This document shows positions 38,038-48,208 of a DNA stretch of 48,208 bases, piece after piece. This stretch comes from Octopus bimaculoides (lineage: Eukaryota): contig NC_068986.1 of the NCBI RefSeq assembly GCF_001194135.2, positions 14,847,436-14,895,643 of the forward strand. The letters are read 5' to 3'. Every line of letters begins with the position of its first letter. Position 1 is the first letter of the stretch. A model generated the notes under the pieces. That model saw only the letters and a program-made list of their open reading frames with translations. It was not told the DNA's origin and made no database searches. A program made the translations under genes and the position numbers.

Positions 38038-38222
38038 GAGGAGAAAAATTAATTACATTGACATCAGTACATAAATGATATTTTATTTTATAAACCCCTG
38101 AAAGAGTTCAAAGGTAATGTTGACCTAGAGGGGACTTGAAAACTCGTAACGTAAAGTGCCGGAAGAAATGCCCCTAACAGTTTTGTTCGACGCTTGCCAT
38201 TCTTCCAGCTTACTGTCTTAGT
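38038..38222 (-). mobile_element. SINE family A, old
   Basis: Minus strand gtaagctggaagaatggcaagc...ttacgttacgagttttcaagtcccctctaggtcaacattacctttgaac. Confidence 0.6.
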
Positions 38223-38299
38223 TACAAACGTTGTCATTGTTTAATGAATCGCAGTCTTTATCGTTGAAGACATAGAAACTATTTTCTAGCGAATATGTA

Positions 38300-38425
38300 A
38301 ACTCCTTCTAATTAGCCAGCCAGACTGCAGCAGAAGACAGTTGCCCAAAGGCCACGTGCAACGGGTCTGGAACCAGAAACTTCATGGTTGCAAAACATGC
38401 TTCTTTACCACACAGCCATGCGTGA
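38300..38425 (-). mobile_element. SINE family B head, old
   Basis: Minus strand catggctgtgtggtaaagaagc...gcacgtggcctttgggcaactgtcttctg. Confidence 0.6.
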
Positions 38426-38724
38426 GACTATTAGCATAAAATTATCATTTCAACTAAGAGAACACCAACCGGCCAACCGACATCGCTCCAATCAACTTAA
38501 GGAGGAGCTCAGTATGTGCCAGGGGTGGAATAAAGAAGTAGATGGAGCTGTTTGTTTTGTAATTGAATCTAAAGGGAGATTTAAGTACATTAAGCGATAG
38601 CTATACTCGCTTGATGAATGCATTATGAAACACTTGCGCCTCCGTACTTATCTCACCGGATCTATGTTTATTGCTATATGCCAACTGATAATTCCCTTAT
38701 CTTTGGCAAGCTCACAGACTAATG

Positions 38725-38761
38725 TGGCAGTAGTAGTAGTAGTAGTAGTAGTAGTAATGCT

Positions 38762-38806
<45 letters not shown>

Positions 38807-39133
38807 ATTCTTGTGTTTCATTGTAGTTGCTTATTGATTTTAATGATAGCGATGCTAAAGGTGATGACAAAGATAATAATTTGAAGGCGGCGGCGACAAT
38901 GCTGACGAGGAAAACGTCAAAGACACAGATGGTAATAACGGGGGGGAGGGTAATGATGTGGATGACGATGAGGAGAAGGAGGAGGAAGAGGCTGAGAAGG
39001 AGGACTATAACATGATGATGATGATGATGATGATGATGAAAGAGAAGGAAAGGCGGTGACGACATCAATCATCATAATATAAAAATATCGATGCTGATGG
39101 TGTTGTTGTTTTTCACGATGATCATGGTGGTTG

Positions 39134-39171
<38 letters not shown>

Positions 39172-39420
39172 GTGATGATGGTGGTGGTGGTGGTGGCGGT
39201 GGTGGTGGTGGTGGTATCGGTGGTGATGATGATGGTGGTGGTGGTGGTAGAATGGTGGTAGTGGTAGCAATGATGGTAGTGATGATGACGATTACGACGA
39301 CGACGACGACGACGACACTGTTTATAGAGATGATAATGATTTTGGCGTTGATGATGACGACGACGTCAGCGACAAGCATTGGTTTCGTTGTTGTTGTTGT
39401 TGTTGTTGCTGCTGCTGCTT
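38725..39420. repeat. Compound trinucleotide microsatellite field (GTA, TTG, GAT, GGT, GAC)
   Basis: Successive pure triplet runs; source of the poly-His/Pro/Ser/Leu ORFs. Confidence 0.95.
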
Positions 39421-39730
39421 CTTGGTGATGATGGGGATTACGTTTGTAGCTATAGAACTATGTGTACTTTAATTCCTTACGATTATCGAAATATTGACCA
39501 TTTTGTACAACGATGCTATTCAAGTTTTGATGGTTAACGGAGCAGGTTTCGGTGTTACTATTGTTGTTGTTGTTGTCGTTAATGTTTTGGCTTTGGGTCA
39601 AACTTAGGGCAGATCTATGCACAAATGCAACCAAACTGTAATCGGACCAGCTTAGTCCTTATGTACTCCCCGAAAAGCGACGTGAAGTAATGCATTGATA
39701 TAAGGTCTTGTCATTATATATAAGGTTGAC

Positions 39731-39938
39731 AAGGCGGCGAGCTGGCAGAAACGTTAGCACGCCGAGGGAAATGCTTAGCGGTCTTAACGTTCTGAGTTCA
39801 AATTCCACTGAAGTCAGCTTTGCTTTTCATCCTTTCGTGCGTCGATAAATTAAGTACCAGCTGAGTACTGGGGTCGATCTAATCGACTGACTCCCTTCTA
39901 GAAAATTTCGGGGTCTTTTGCCTAAAGTAGAAAACATC
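39731..39938 (+). mobile_element. SINE family A, near full length, with 13-bp TSD
   Basis: aaggcggcgagctggcagaaacgttagcacgccg...gttctgagttcaaattcc...catcctttcgtgcgtcgataaattaagtaccag; atataaggttgac at 39718-39730 and 39939-39951. Confidence 0.9.
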
Positions 39939-40204
39939 ATATAAGGTTGACTGCGACTTGATGGAGTTTGGCAGCTATTTCATGCAAGTCTATTGACCCT
40001 GTAAACTAGTTGTTCTCAACAATTTTTCACCATAACACTTTTGTTTAGTATTTTATTCTGGTCGATCTGCCAATCATTCAATGGTTAAAACATTATTATT
40101 GTACAGTTCTATATTTAAGAGATGAGGAATTATGTACATTATCGAGGAAGGATAGGAAAATATTAAATTTATAAGCCCTAAAAATTCACTCCATAATTGC
40201 CCAC

Positions 40205-40410
40205 GGGCATATGTTGTAGTGGTTAAGATCACGGGCTACTAACCCCAAGATTCTAAATTCGATTCCATTCAGTGACCTGGATAACAATAATAACATCCAA
40301 AACTACTTTAGAAATGAAAACCCAGGTTCGAAATTTCCCCAGGACACCTGATGAAGGCTGGAGGGTATATCAACCGAAAAGTTGTGTTAGCAAAAAACAA
40401 GATGAGGTAA
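40205..40410 (+). mobile_element. tRNA-headed SINE (family D) with a 3' HHR-like module
   Basis: Head gggcatatgttgtagtggttaag...aattcgattcc (A- and B-box-like), (TAA)-like linker, then gacac-CTGATGA-a-ggctg..caacc-GAAA-agtt-gtgtt. Confidence 0.7.
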
Positions 40411-40412
40411 AT

Positions 40413-40550
40413 TGTTCCGTTGAGTCAGCTTTGCTGTTCATCATTTCGGGTCGATAAAAAGAATACGAATTCAAACTTGCGGTCGATGCAGTTAACTTAC
40501 TCTGCTCCCAAGTTTGCTGGCCATATGCCTATATTAGAAAGAATTATTTT
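40413..40550 (+). mobile_element. SINE family A fragment
   Basis: gagtcagctttgctgttcatcatttcgggtcgataaaaag...gctggccatatgcctatattagaaagaattatt. Confidence 0.6.
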
Positions 40551-41259
40551 GAATAGGATGACGAGTTTAAAGCAACGCACTGGTAGATCGTTTAGCGTGC
40601 AGGGCAAAATTCTTTGCGGCTTTATATCCGTCTTAACGTTCAAAACCCGCGGGTGTTAGTACTGGTGGTGATTATGTTGGTAATGGACTTGTTGCTGGTG
40701 TCGGTGGTGTTTTTTATGGTGGAAGTGGTGGTAGAGTTAATGGCCGAAGTAGTGGTGGCGGTGTAAGTTTATGCTCAGCAAGTTGAAAGGAAGTCATCCG
40801 TTCGTCTTTCCTCATTAAAATTCGTTTTTCTTCATTAAAATCCCTGGAATTACATCATTTATTTAATGCTTATAAGGAGTTCACATCTGCTAATTGCATT
40901 GATAATCTTATTCGTTCATAGCTTTCACCTATCTTTATTATACAGATAAGCTTCTGTCCCATCTAATATTTCTTTACGGTTGTAGTGGCAGTGGTGGTGG
41001 TAGTGGTGTTGATGGTAGTGGTAATAGTCGTGGTCGTAGTGATGGTGGTGATGTCGGTGATAGTGGTGGTGCTGGTGGTGGAGACGGTTTTGTGATGGTA
41101 GCAACAGTATTTATTTGAGCAGGCTTTATTGCTGGACGAAAGTTGTTCAGTGTCGAGAAGGCATTTTGTTTCAAGTAGGAGACAGAAAGGAAATGAAGAA
41201 ATGGAGAAAGACAGAGAGAATAAGAGAATCAGAGAGAATAATTGAATGGGAAGTTTGAA

Positions 41260-41315
41260 CAGACAGACAGACAGGCAGATAGATAAATTTAATAGACAGA
41301 CAGACAAACAGACAA

Positions 41316-41364
<49 letters not shown>

Positions 41365-41500
41365 GGGACAAACAGACAAACAGACAAGTAAGATGGATAG
41401 ATAGATAAATTTAATAGATAGATAACTTTCTCTTATTAGCCAGACAGGGCTGCACACAGAGGGGATAAATACAATTGTAGAGCTTTTCTTTAAAAACAAA

Positions 41501-41539
<39 letters not shown>

Positions 41540-41680
41540 TAGATAGATAGATAATTAGATAGATAGATAGATAGATATTTAGATGAATTGATAGATAGAG
41601 AGAGAGATATTTAAATAGATTGATAGATAGAGAGATAGATATATAGCTAACTAGCTAGCTAGCTAGATAGCTAGGTAGCG
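41260..41680. repeat. (GATA)n/(GACA)n microsatellite field
   Basis: Long interrupted tetranucleotide arrays. Confidence 0.95.
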
Positions 41681-42267
41681 ATATAGATTCATGGAAATAT
41701 AAAGCTATTCAATGTAGGATATTGGATGTGATGTGTATTATTAAATTCACAGAGATAATTTATAAAGAAATCTAAAGAACAAGAATAAAGAACAGAAAAG
41801 AAAAAAAAATCAAATCAAAGCAAATAAGAATGGAATTCGCCTCCAACACCCCTCCTTTTCTCAACAGAAAAGAGAATATGGGACATTATTATTAGAGCGC
41901 AACTTAGTTATCACGAAACGTCATCCCCCTCTAGATAAGGTAAAATAAATTAATTATATCAATCGCTTAACTTAATTAAGTCCCATATTTTGTTATCTGC
42001 ACCAACCTTTCTATCGTTGAGAGATCGTTAATGATTTCTTGATTCCACCTGCATCTGTTGGCCACTGAGTTTCCTTATTGGATTATTGTTTAGTTTATAC
42101 AGAATAATAAGGATTTCTGTACCGTCGGCAAAAAAGGCGTTAGAACGATTTTATTGGTTACTAACTGAATATGTTGGTGAAGAGCGTACGATTTCGTAAC
42201 CGGATTGTAAGATTTGTCTACGAGGTTTGTGTGTGCGTGTGTATGAGTGGGTACATACAGATATATA

Positions 42268-42417
42268 TAGCGTGGTAAGAAGTTTTCTTATCAAACACGT
42301 AGTTCTAGGTTCACGCCCACTGCGTGGTACTATGAGCATGCGTTTTACTATACCGGTGGGGCGATCAAAGACTCGTCAATGGAATTTGTTGACGGAAACT
42401 GGAAGAAGCTCATATAT

Positions 42418-42448
<31 letters not shown>
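42268..42448 (+). mobile_element. SINE family B 5' half ending in (TA)n and a gap
   Basis: gcgtggtaagaagttt...ggttcacgcccactgcgtggtac...gacggaaactggaagaagctc(at)n. Confidence 0.7.
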
Positions 42449-42611
42449 NNNNNNNNNNNNNNNNNNNNNNNNNNNNNNNNNNNNNNNNNNNNNNNNNNNN
42501 NNNNNNNNNNNNNNNNNNNNNNNNNNNNNNNNNNNNNNNNNNNNNNNNNNNNNNNNNNNNNNNNNNNNNNNNNNNNNNNNNNNNNNNNNNNNNNNNNNNN
42601 NNNNNGAGAGA

Positions 42612-42990
42612 TAGGGGGTGGAGAAAATAATGGAAACATCTAGCATCATTGCATCACAATACTGAAATAGTTATAAAACCGTCAAAAACATGTTTATTTT
42701 TATGTTTTGTTTTGATTTATTATTAGTGATCCTTAATATGTTTTGCTAAAATTGTTGTTTCTTTTCAGATATCATCAGAAAAGGGTAATTAAAATACATT
42801 AAAATGATATATCTATCGGACTTTCAAAGAGGTCAAATTGTTGGTGCTCGTCTGGCAAGCGCTAGCACAATCAAAACAACCGAAATGTTTGGTGTATCAA
42901 GAAGTACTGTCTCTAAAGTAATGACAGCCTTTGAGAAAGAGGGAAAAACCTCCTTATCGAAGGAAAACTCCGGAAGAAAACCAAAACGTT
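42612..42990 (+). mobile_element. Tc1-like transposon 5' fragment (TIR, leader, transposase N-terminal HTH)
   Basis: TIR-like ggggtggagaaaataatggaaacatc; MIYLSDFQRGQIVGARLASASTIKTTEMFGVSRSTVSKVMTAFEKEGKTS..NSGRKPK is a Tc1 HTH with GRKP motif, truncated before the DDE domain. Confidence 0.88.
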
Positions 42991-43650
42991 CAGATAGGGA
43001 TGTTGAAGATAAGACAGACAAAGAAAAAAGATGGATGTAGATGGCTAAAAGTGATTTTTAACAGGAAACGGAGGCCCTAATCTGTGCTGCCCAAGAGCAA
43101 GCACTAAGAACAAACTACATAAAACACAGAATGGACAACACAGCAGAAAATTATAAATGCAGAATCTGTGGACAAAACGGTGAAACCGTATGGCAATGTA
43201 CGTCACAAGCCCAGAAGGAATATAAGAAACGCCACGACAATATAGCCAGGCTTGTCCATTGGACGCTTGCAACAGGTATGGACGTGACGGAGCAAAAAAT
43301 TGGTATGACCAGAAACCTGCAGGCACTGTAGAAAATAGAAATGCCAAGACCCTATGGGATTTTAAGATTTAGTGCGACCATGAGATAGAGAATAGGAAGC
43401 CGGACATAGATTTAATTGAAAAAGAAACAGTGAGGATAAATCTCTGGGAACAGTGAGGGTAAATCTCGAGAAGTATGTGGAACAAATAGGGGCTGCAATA
43501 AGGGTGGAGCACTTGTAGAAAACAGCACTGCTTGGAACCGTTCGAATACTCCGGAAGGTGCTCGAAAAATAAGACGTGTTACTGTTGTTCACAGGTAATG
43601 AACAGCTGACACTGTAGTACATTTCCAGCGTTAGAAGCTGTGCAAAGGCA
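42990..43650 (+). mobile_element. R4/Dong-like non-LTR 3' fragment (copy 1), decayed with internal deletions
   Basis: ETEALICAAQEQALRTNYIK..CRICGQNGETV..QC...EYKKRHDNIARLVHW..WY...LWDFKI..RKPDI...KTALLGTVRILRKVLEK* (stop at 43570-43572), then UTR and (GAT)/(TAA) tail. Confidence 0.88.
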
Positions 43651-43718
43651 TTGATGATGATGATAAAAATAATAATAATAATAATAANNNNNNNNNNGGC
43701 ATTGATGATGATGATAAA

Positions 43719-43778
<60 letters not shown>

Positions 43779-43779
<1 letters not shown>

Positions 43780-44960
43780 TTGACTTACAGTTTCAATATC
43801 ATTAACTGGTCAATTACTGTAATGTTGACAGAAAAATACGAAAACTGTTGACAATGCATAGAATGCACCACCCTAAGGCAGATATAGAACGTCTTTATCT
43901 ACCAAGAAAAGAGGGAGGCCGAGGACTTCTACAGCTGGCATTATCAATGAAGGTAGCCACAATTGGCCTAGACACCTATCTGAAAAACTCTGACGACTGG
44001 ATGCTAAAACTTGTCTTAAAACATGAAAGCAAGAAACCATCTTACTCAGTAACAAAACAGGCAAAGGACTATCTAAGTGAATTCCAATTGCAACAAATTC
44101 AAGAATTAGACGAACTAGAAACACCTGCAGATAAAGCTAAGCGCTTGAAAACCCGTGCAAAAANNNNNNNNNNNNNNNNNNNNNNNNNNNNNNNNNNNNN
44201 NNNNNNNNNNNNNNNNNNNNNNNNNNNNNNNNNNNNNNNNNNNNNNNNNNNNNNNNNNNNNNNNNNNNNNNNNNNNNNNNNNNNNNNNNNNNNNNNNNNN
44301 NNNNNNNNNNNNNNNNNNNNNNNNNNNNNNNNNNNNNNNNNNNNNNNNNNNNNNNNNNNNNNNNNNNNNNNNNNNNNNNNNNNNNNNNNNNNNNNNNNNN
44401 NNNNNNNNNNNNNNNNNNNNNNNNNNNNNNNNNNNNNNNNNNNNNNNNNNNNNNNNNNNNNNNNNNNNNNNNNNNNNNNNNNNNNNNNNNNNNNNNNNNN
44501 NNNNNNNNNNNNNNNNNNNNNNNNNNNNNNNNNNNNNNNNNNNNNNNNNNNNNNNNNNNNNNNNNNNNNNNNNNNNNNNNNNNNNNNNNNNNNNNNNNNN
44601 NNNNNNNNNNNNNNNNNNNNNNNNNNNNNNNNNNNNNNNNNNNNNNNNNNNNNNNNNNNNNNNNNNNNNNNNNNNNNNNNNNNNNNNNNNNNNNNNNNNN
44701 NNNNNNNNNNNNNNNNNNNNNNNNNNNNNNNNNNNNNNNNNNNNNNNNNNNNNNNNNNNNNNNNNNNNNNNNNNNNNNNNNNNNNNAAACACATAATTTT
44801 CTTATGGTTTCTTAAACATTCACTTGAACAAAACTGTACAAATCCAAATATATGGTACCCTAGGCATAACACCTACATGAACTTCTAACTTGTTGTCTCT
44901 TGAGGTCTCTGGGTGAGACTTGAATCCAACTTGTACAAATGCAAAACAAAAGTCAAACAT
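43779..44960 (+). mobile_element. R4/Dong-like non-LTR fragment (copy 2), 5'-truncated at (TAA)n, spanning an N gap
   Basis: LTYSFNIINW..DRKIRKLLTMHRMHHPKADIERLYLPRKEGGRGL is the R4-clade post-RT motif. After the gap a probable 3' UTR ends caaacataaa(taa)n; linkage across the gap is assumed. Confidence 0.85.
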
Positions 44961-45005
44961 AAAATAATAATAATAATAATTATTATTATTATTATTATTA
45001 TTATA

Positions 45006-45192
45006 ATTCTTTCTATTGGAGGCACAAGACCTTGAAATTTTGGAGAAAGACACTAGTCGATTACATCGACCCTTGCGTTCCCCTGGTACTTAATCTATCG
45101 ACCCCGAAAGGACGACAAGGCGAAATTTGAACTCAGAACGTAGCGACACGCAAATTACCGCTAAGAATTTCGCACAGCGTACTAACAATTCT
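45006..45192 (-). mobile_element. SINE family A with (TAA)n tail
   Basis: Minus strand ctacgttctgagttcaaatttcgccttgtcgtcctttcggggtcgatagattaagtaccag...gtgcctccaatagaaagaattataataat. Confidence 0.82.
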
Positions 45193-45429
45193 ATGTAAAG
45201 TATATAAATCCTTTTCTACCCGAAATTAGAGAGCAGGTACCCTCGGGCACCACCTTTAATCTTTTAGTGGAAACAATTTGTACTTTTTTCTAAACCGAGT
45301 GTCCCTTGTATCGTACACCTTTTGAGAGCCCGCTAGGTTACGAGAACATAGCAAATCAAGAACGGGTGTCATGCAGTGAGAGAGACAACCAAATTCACAC
45401 GCGTATACATACCTTCCCCCATATGCACA

Positions 45430-45575
45430 CACACGCATAACAACAGGCCACTTGCATGGTTTTGGACATAGGCGGAGCTGTAATAAAACATAGTTGGTGA
45501 AGGTGCCACCCAGTGGGGCCGAATACAGAAGCATCTGGTTTGAACACACTTCTCACCACACAACAGCGTCTTCAC
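45430..45575 (-). mobile_element. SINE family B head, old
   Basis: Minus strand gctgttgtgtggtgagaag...ccccactgggtggcaccttc. Confidence 0.5.
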
Positions 45576-45577
45576 CC

Positions 45578-45609
<32 letters not shown>

Positions 45610-46014
45610 GCACACACAGATACACAGACACAGACACACACACTCACACGCACACACATACAAACATGTATTGCAAGGACAAAGAACACTGAAGCCATTT
45701 TAAGAAGACAGAAATATCGCAATGCAATTAATATGATAATACTTTAGAAGAAAAGATTTCTTTGGNNNNNNNNNNNNNNNNNNNNNNNNNNNNNNNNNNN
45801 NNNNNNNNNNNNNNNNNNNNNNNNNNNNNNNNNNNNNNNNNNNNNNNNNNNNNNNNNNNNNNNNNNNNNNNNNNNNNNNNNNNNNNNNNNNNNNNNNNNN
45901 NNNNNNNNNNNNNNNNNNNNNNNNNNNNNNNNNNNNNNNNNNNNNNNNNNNNNNNNNNNNNNNNNNNNNNNNNNNNNNNNNNNNNNNNNNNTATATATAT
46001 ATATATATATATTT

Positions 46015-46202
46015 GTTATTTGTGTCTGCGTTTGACCCCCATCATCGCTTGACAACCGACGTGGGTGTGTTTACGTCTCCATCAAATTAGCGTTCGGCAA
46101 AAAGAGACCGTTAGAATATGTACTAGCCTTACAAATGACAAGTACTGGGGTCTATGGCTGCAGTCAAATGACAGAAATGCGTAAATAGTAAAAGGATAAA
46201 AG
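46015..46202 (+). mobile_element. SINE family B 3' half
   Basis: gcgtttgacccccatcatcgcttgacaaccgacgtgggtgtgtttacgtc...gcagtcaaatgacagaaatg. Confidence 0.75.
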
Positions 46203-46654
46203 TATACATACACACTCATATATATGAGCATATACCTTCTTTTATTCTTTTACTTGTTTTAGTCATTTGACTGAGGTCATAGCTAGAACAGGAAAAAAAA
46301 AACAACAAACAGAAACTATAAAAATACAACATGCATAAAATACGACGATAGCACGATAACGGCAAACAGGACAATAGACGATACACGGATCCTTCGCAGC
46401 CAATTGCCTCCTCACTCGGAGTCCGGAATGTCCACGTAGTTTCGGTCTCTTATCTGCGGTACTACTCTAAACCTGTGGGCCAAGGAGCTAACGAATGTAT
46501 ATATACGAAAACAAATAAGTAAACAATAATAAGTGTCTTTCGACTATCGGACGTACGTAACATAGAATTATACATCTATAATGGACAAACGCCTTTCGGC
46601 TTTATACAACAAAAGGAAAATTATTATACAATGACAAGTGATATGTACATATGT

Positions 46655-46790
46655 ATATATATAATGGGCTTCCTTCAGTTTACCAGATCCACTCAGAAGC
46701 TATAGTAGAAGAGGTAAACCCAAGGTGCCACGCAGTGGAACTGGACCATGTGGTTGGGAAACAAGCTTCTTAACATACAGCCACAATATT
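46655..46790 (-). mobile_element. SINE family B 5' half
   Basis: Minus strand gtggctgtatgttaagaagcttgtttcccaaccacatggtccagttccactgcgtggcaccttggg...ctgaaggaagccc. Confidence 0.75.
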
Positions 46791-47000
46791 CGGCCGAGTC
46801 TCCCCCGGCTGATAATTGTTACATTTTCGCTCTCATCCAATTTCATTTTTTTTTTCAAAAGTACAAACGAAATAAATCTTTTCTTCTTAAGTATTATCAC
46901 ATTAATTGCATTGTGATATTTCTGTCTCCTTAACATGGCTTCACTGTTCTTTGTCCTTGCAATACATGTATGTGTGTGTGCGTGTGTGTGTGTGTGTGTA

Positions 47001-47068
<68 letters not shown>

Positions 47069-47329
47069 CATATATAAAAGAGACCACTAAGTGTACTGCT
47101 AATGTGGTAGAAGAAGATCACATGTAATGTGTCTATTAAGACCGAATTGTTCTCAAAGAAAAAAATTTAGCGAAGCAAAACATGCGGGCCAGACTATTGA
47201 AAATTACAGAAGTAAATACAAGAGTTATCTGTTGACTGGTTTCGAAATTAATATTTCCTTACCAAAAATATATGTTTCTCTTCAGTACGGACTGCCGAAG
47301 AAATATAATATAACGGTGTTGTGTTGTTT

Positions 47330-47490
47330 ACAACCCTGTAACTTCGCGGTTACATAAAAGGGTCCTATAAAATAAGTATCGGGCTTTACAAAAGAATGCA
47401 TTCTTTCGACTACAAGTTTCCAAGAATGGAAACGATGCTCCATCATGACCGTGGTCTATTGATTGAAACAAATAAAAGATAAAAGAGATC
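47330..47490 (+). mobile_element. SINE family B 3' fragment, old
   Basis: gtaacttcgcggtt...gatgctccatcatgaccg...gattgaaacaaataaaagataaaagag. Confidence 0.6.
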
Positions 47491-48208
47491 CAGATAACTT
47501 GGGATATACAATATACAATAGATAAGACTTTCTCTCTTCTAATAGTTCTCTGTCCCTTTTATAAAGTCTCACGCTCTGAATTCAAATACCGCTGAATTCA
47601 ATTCGACTTTCAAGTTATAAGAGTCGAGAAAAAATGTCGTCTCACGGAGGTGATATCATCTAGCACATCCTTCATCCGCCATTCTGACATTTTTCTTTCT
47701 TTTTATTTTTTGCTAGAAATCTTAATAAAAAAAGACGGATATTTATTTTCAGCTTAAGTACAAAGGCATTTACTTTGCTGTTCGCCGAGTTCTATCTTGT
47801 TACTGATTATTTATCCCTATTAGAAAGCTGTGAAATTTGTTAGAAAAATAAATAATATCAACCGAAAAACGATATGCAAAATGACAATTAAGATGACTTT
47901 ATTGTATTACAATCTGAGTATTGGAAGATGCATTATCTATATATCAATAAATTAATTTAGATATGACAAGCAAGCTTAAAAGAGAACAAAGAAATTAATG
48001 TTACGTATTGTATTAGATTAAATTTCAACATCAAATATATACGAGAAACAATGAAATTATGCAGTATATAGATTTTAGAAATGAACAAAACCTCCTACGC
48101 AGTGTGCTCACGATTTATAAGATAGATATATAAGTGACACGCGCAGTCTGCTGTGTAGATCTCTACATAAATACATAAATACATACATTATACATACATA
48201 TATACATG

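Noticed and set aside
1981-47121. Many long ORFs rich in Y/I, H/T, L/S, poly-N, poly-L, poly-H or X
   Set aside because: They are translations of microsatellites or N runs, not genes.

Overview
AT-rich, repeat-dominated metazoan genomic DNA with about 4 kb of N in 18 gaps, most of them next to (TA)n runs, which is typical of a short-read scaffold. The SINE and microsatellite repertoire looks like an octopus genome; this is from recall, not a database search. I could not identify any host protein-coding exon. Nearly all ORFs in the track are microsatellite or N-run artefacts or transposon debris, so the window is probably intergenic or deep intronic. It contains about 20 tRNA-derived SINE copies of at least 4 families and one degenerate tRNA-Gln(CTG) that looks retroposed. 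It also has several restriction-like-endonuclease (RLE) non-LTR fragments: R4/Dong-like copies sitting in (TAA)n or (CATA)n repeats, and a HERO-like element missing its whole RT domain. Other mobile remnants are Penelope-like (PLE) RT and GIY-YIG fragments, Tc1 and mariner ends, a probable solo LTR and a piggyBac-type MITE. The most interesting signal is a set of minimal type I hammerhead-ribozyme (HHR)-like folds in six places, carried by different short repeats including a tRNA-headed SINE and a retrozyme-like unit. Two of them have non-canonical cores (U4C, A6U). All folds and translations were done by eye and ribozyme activity is untested.
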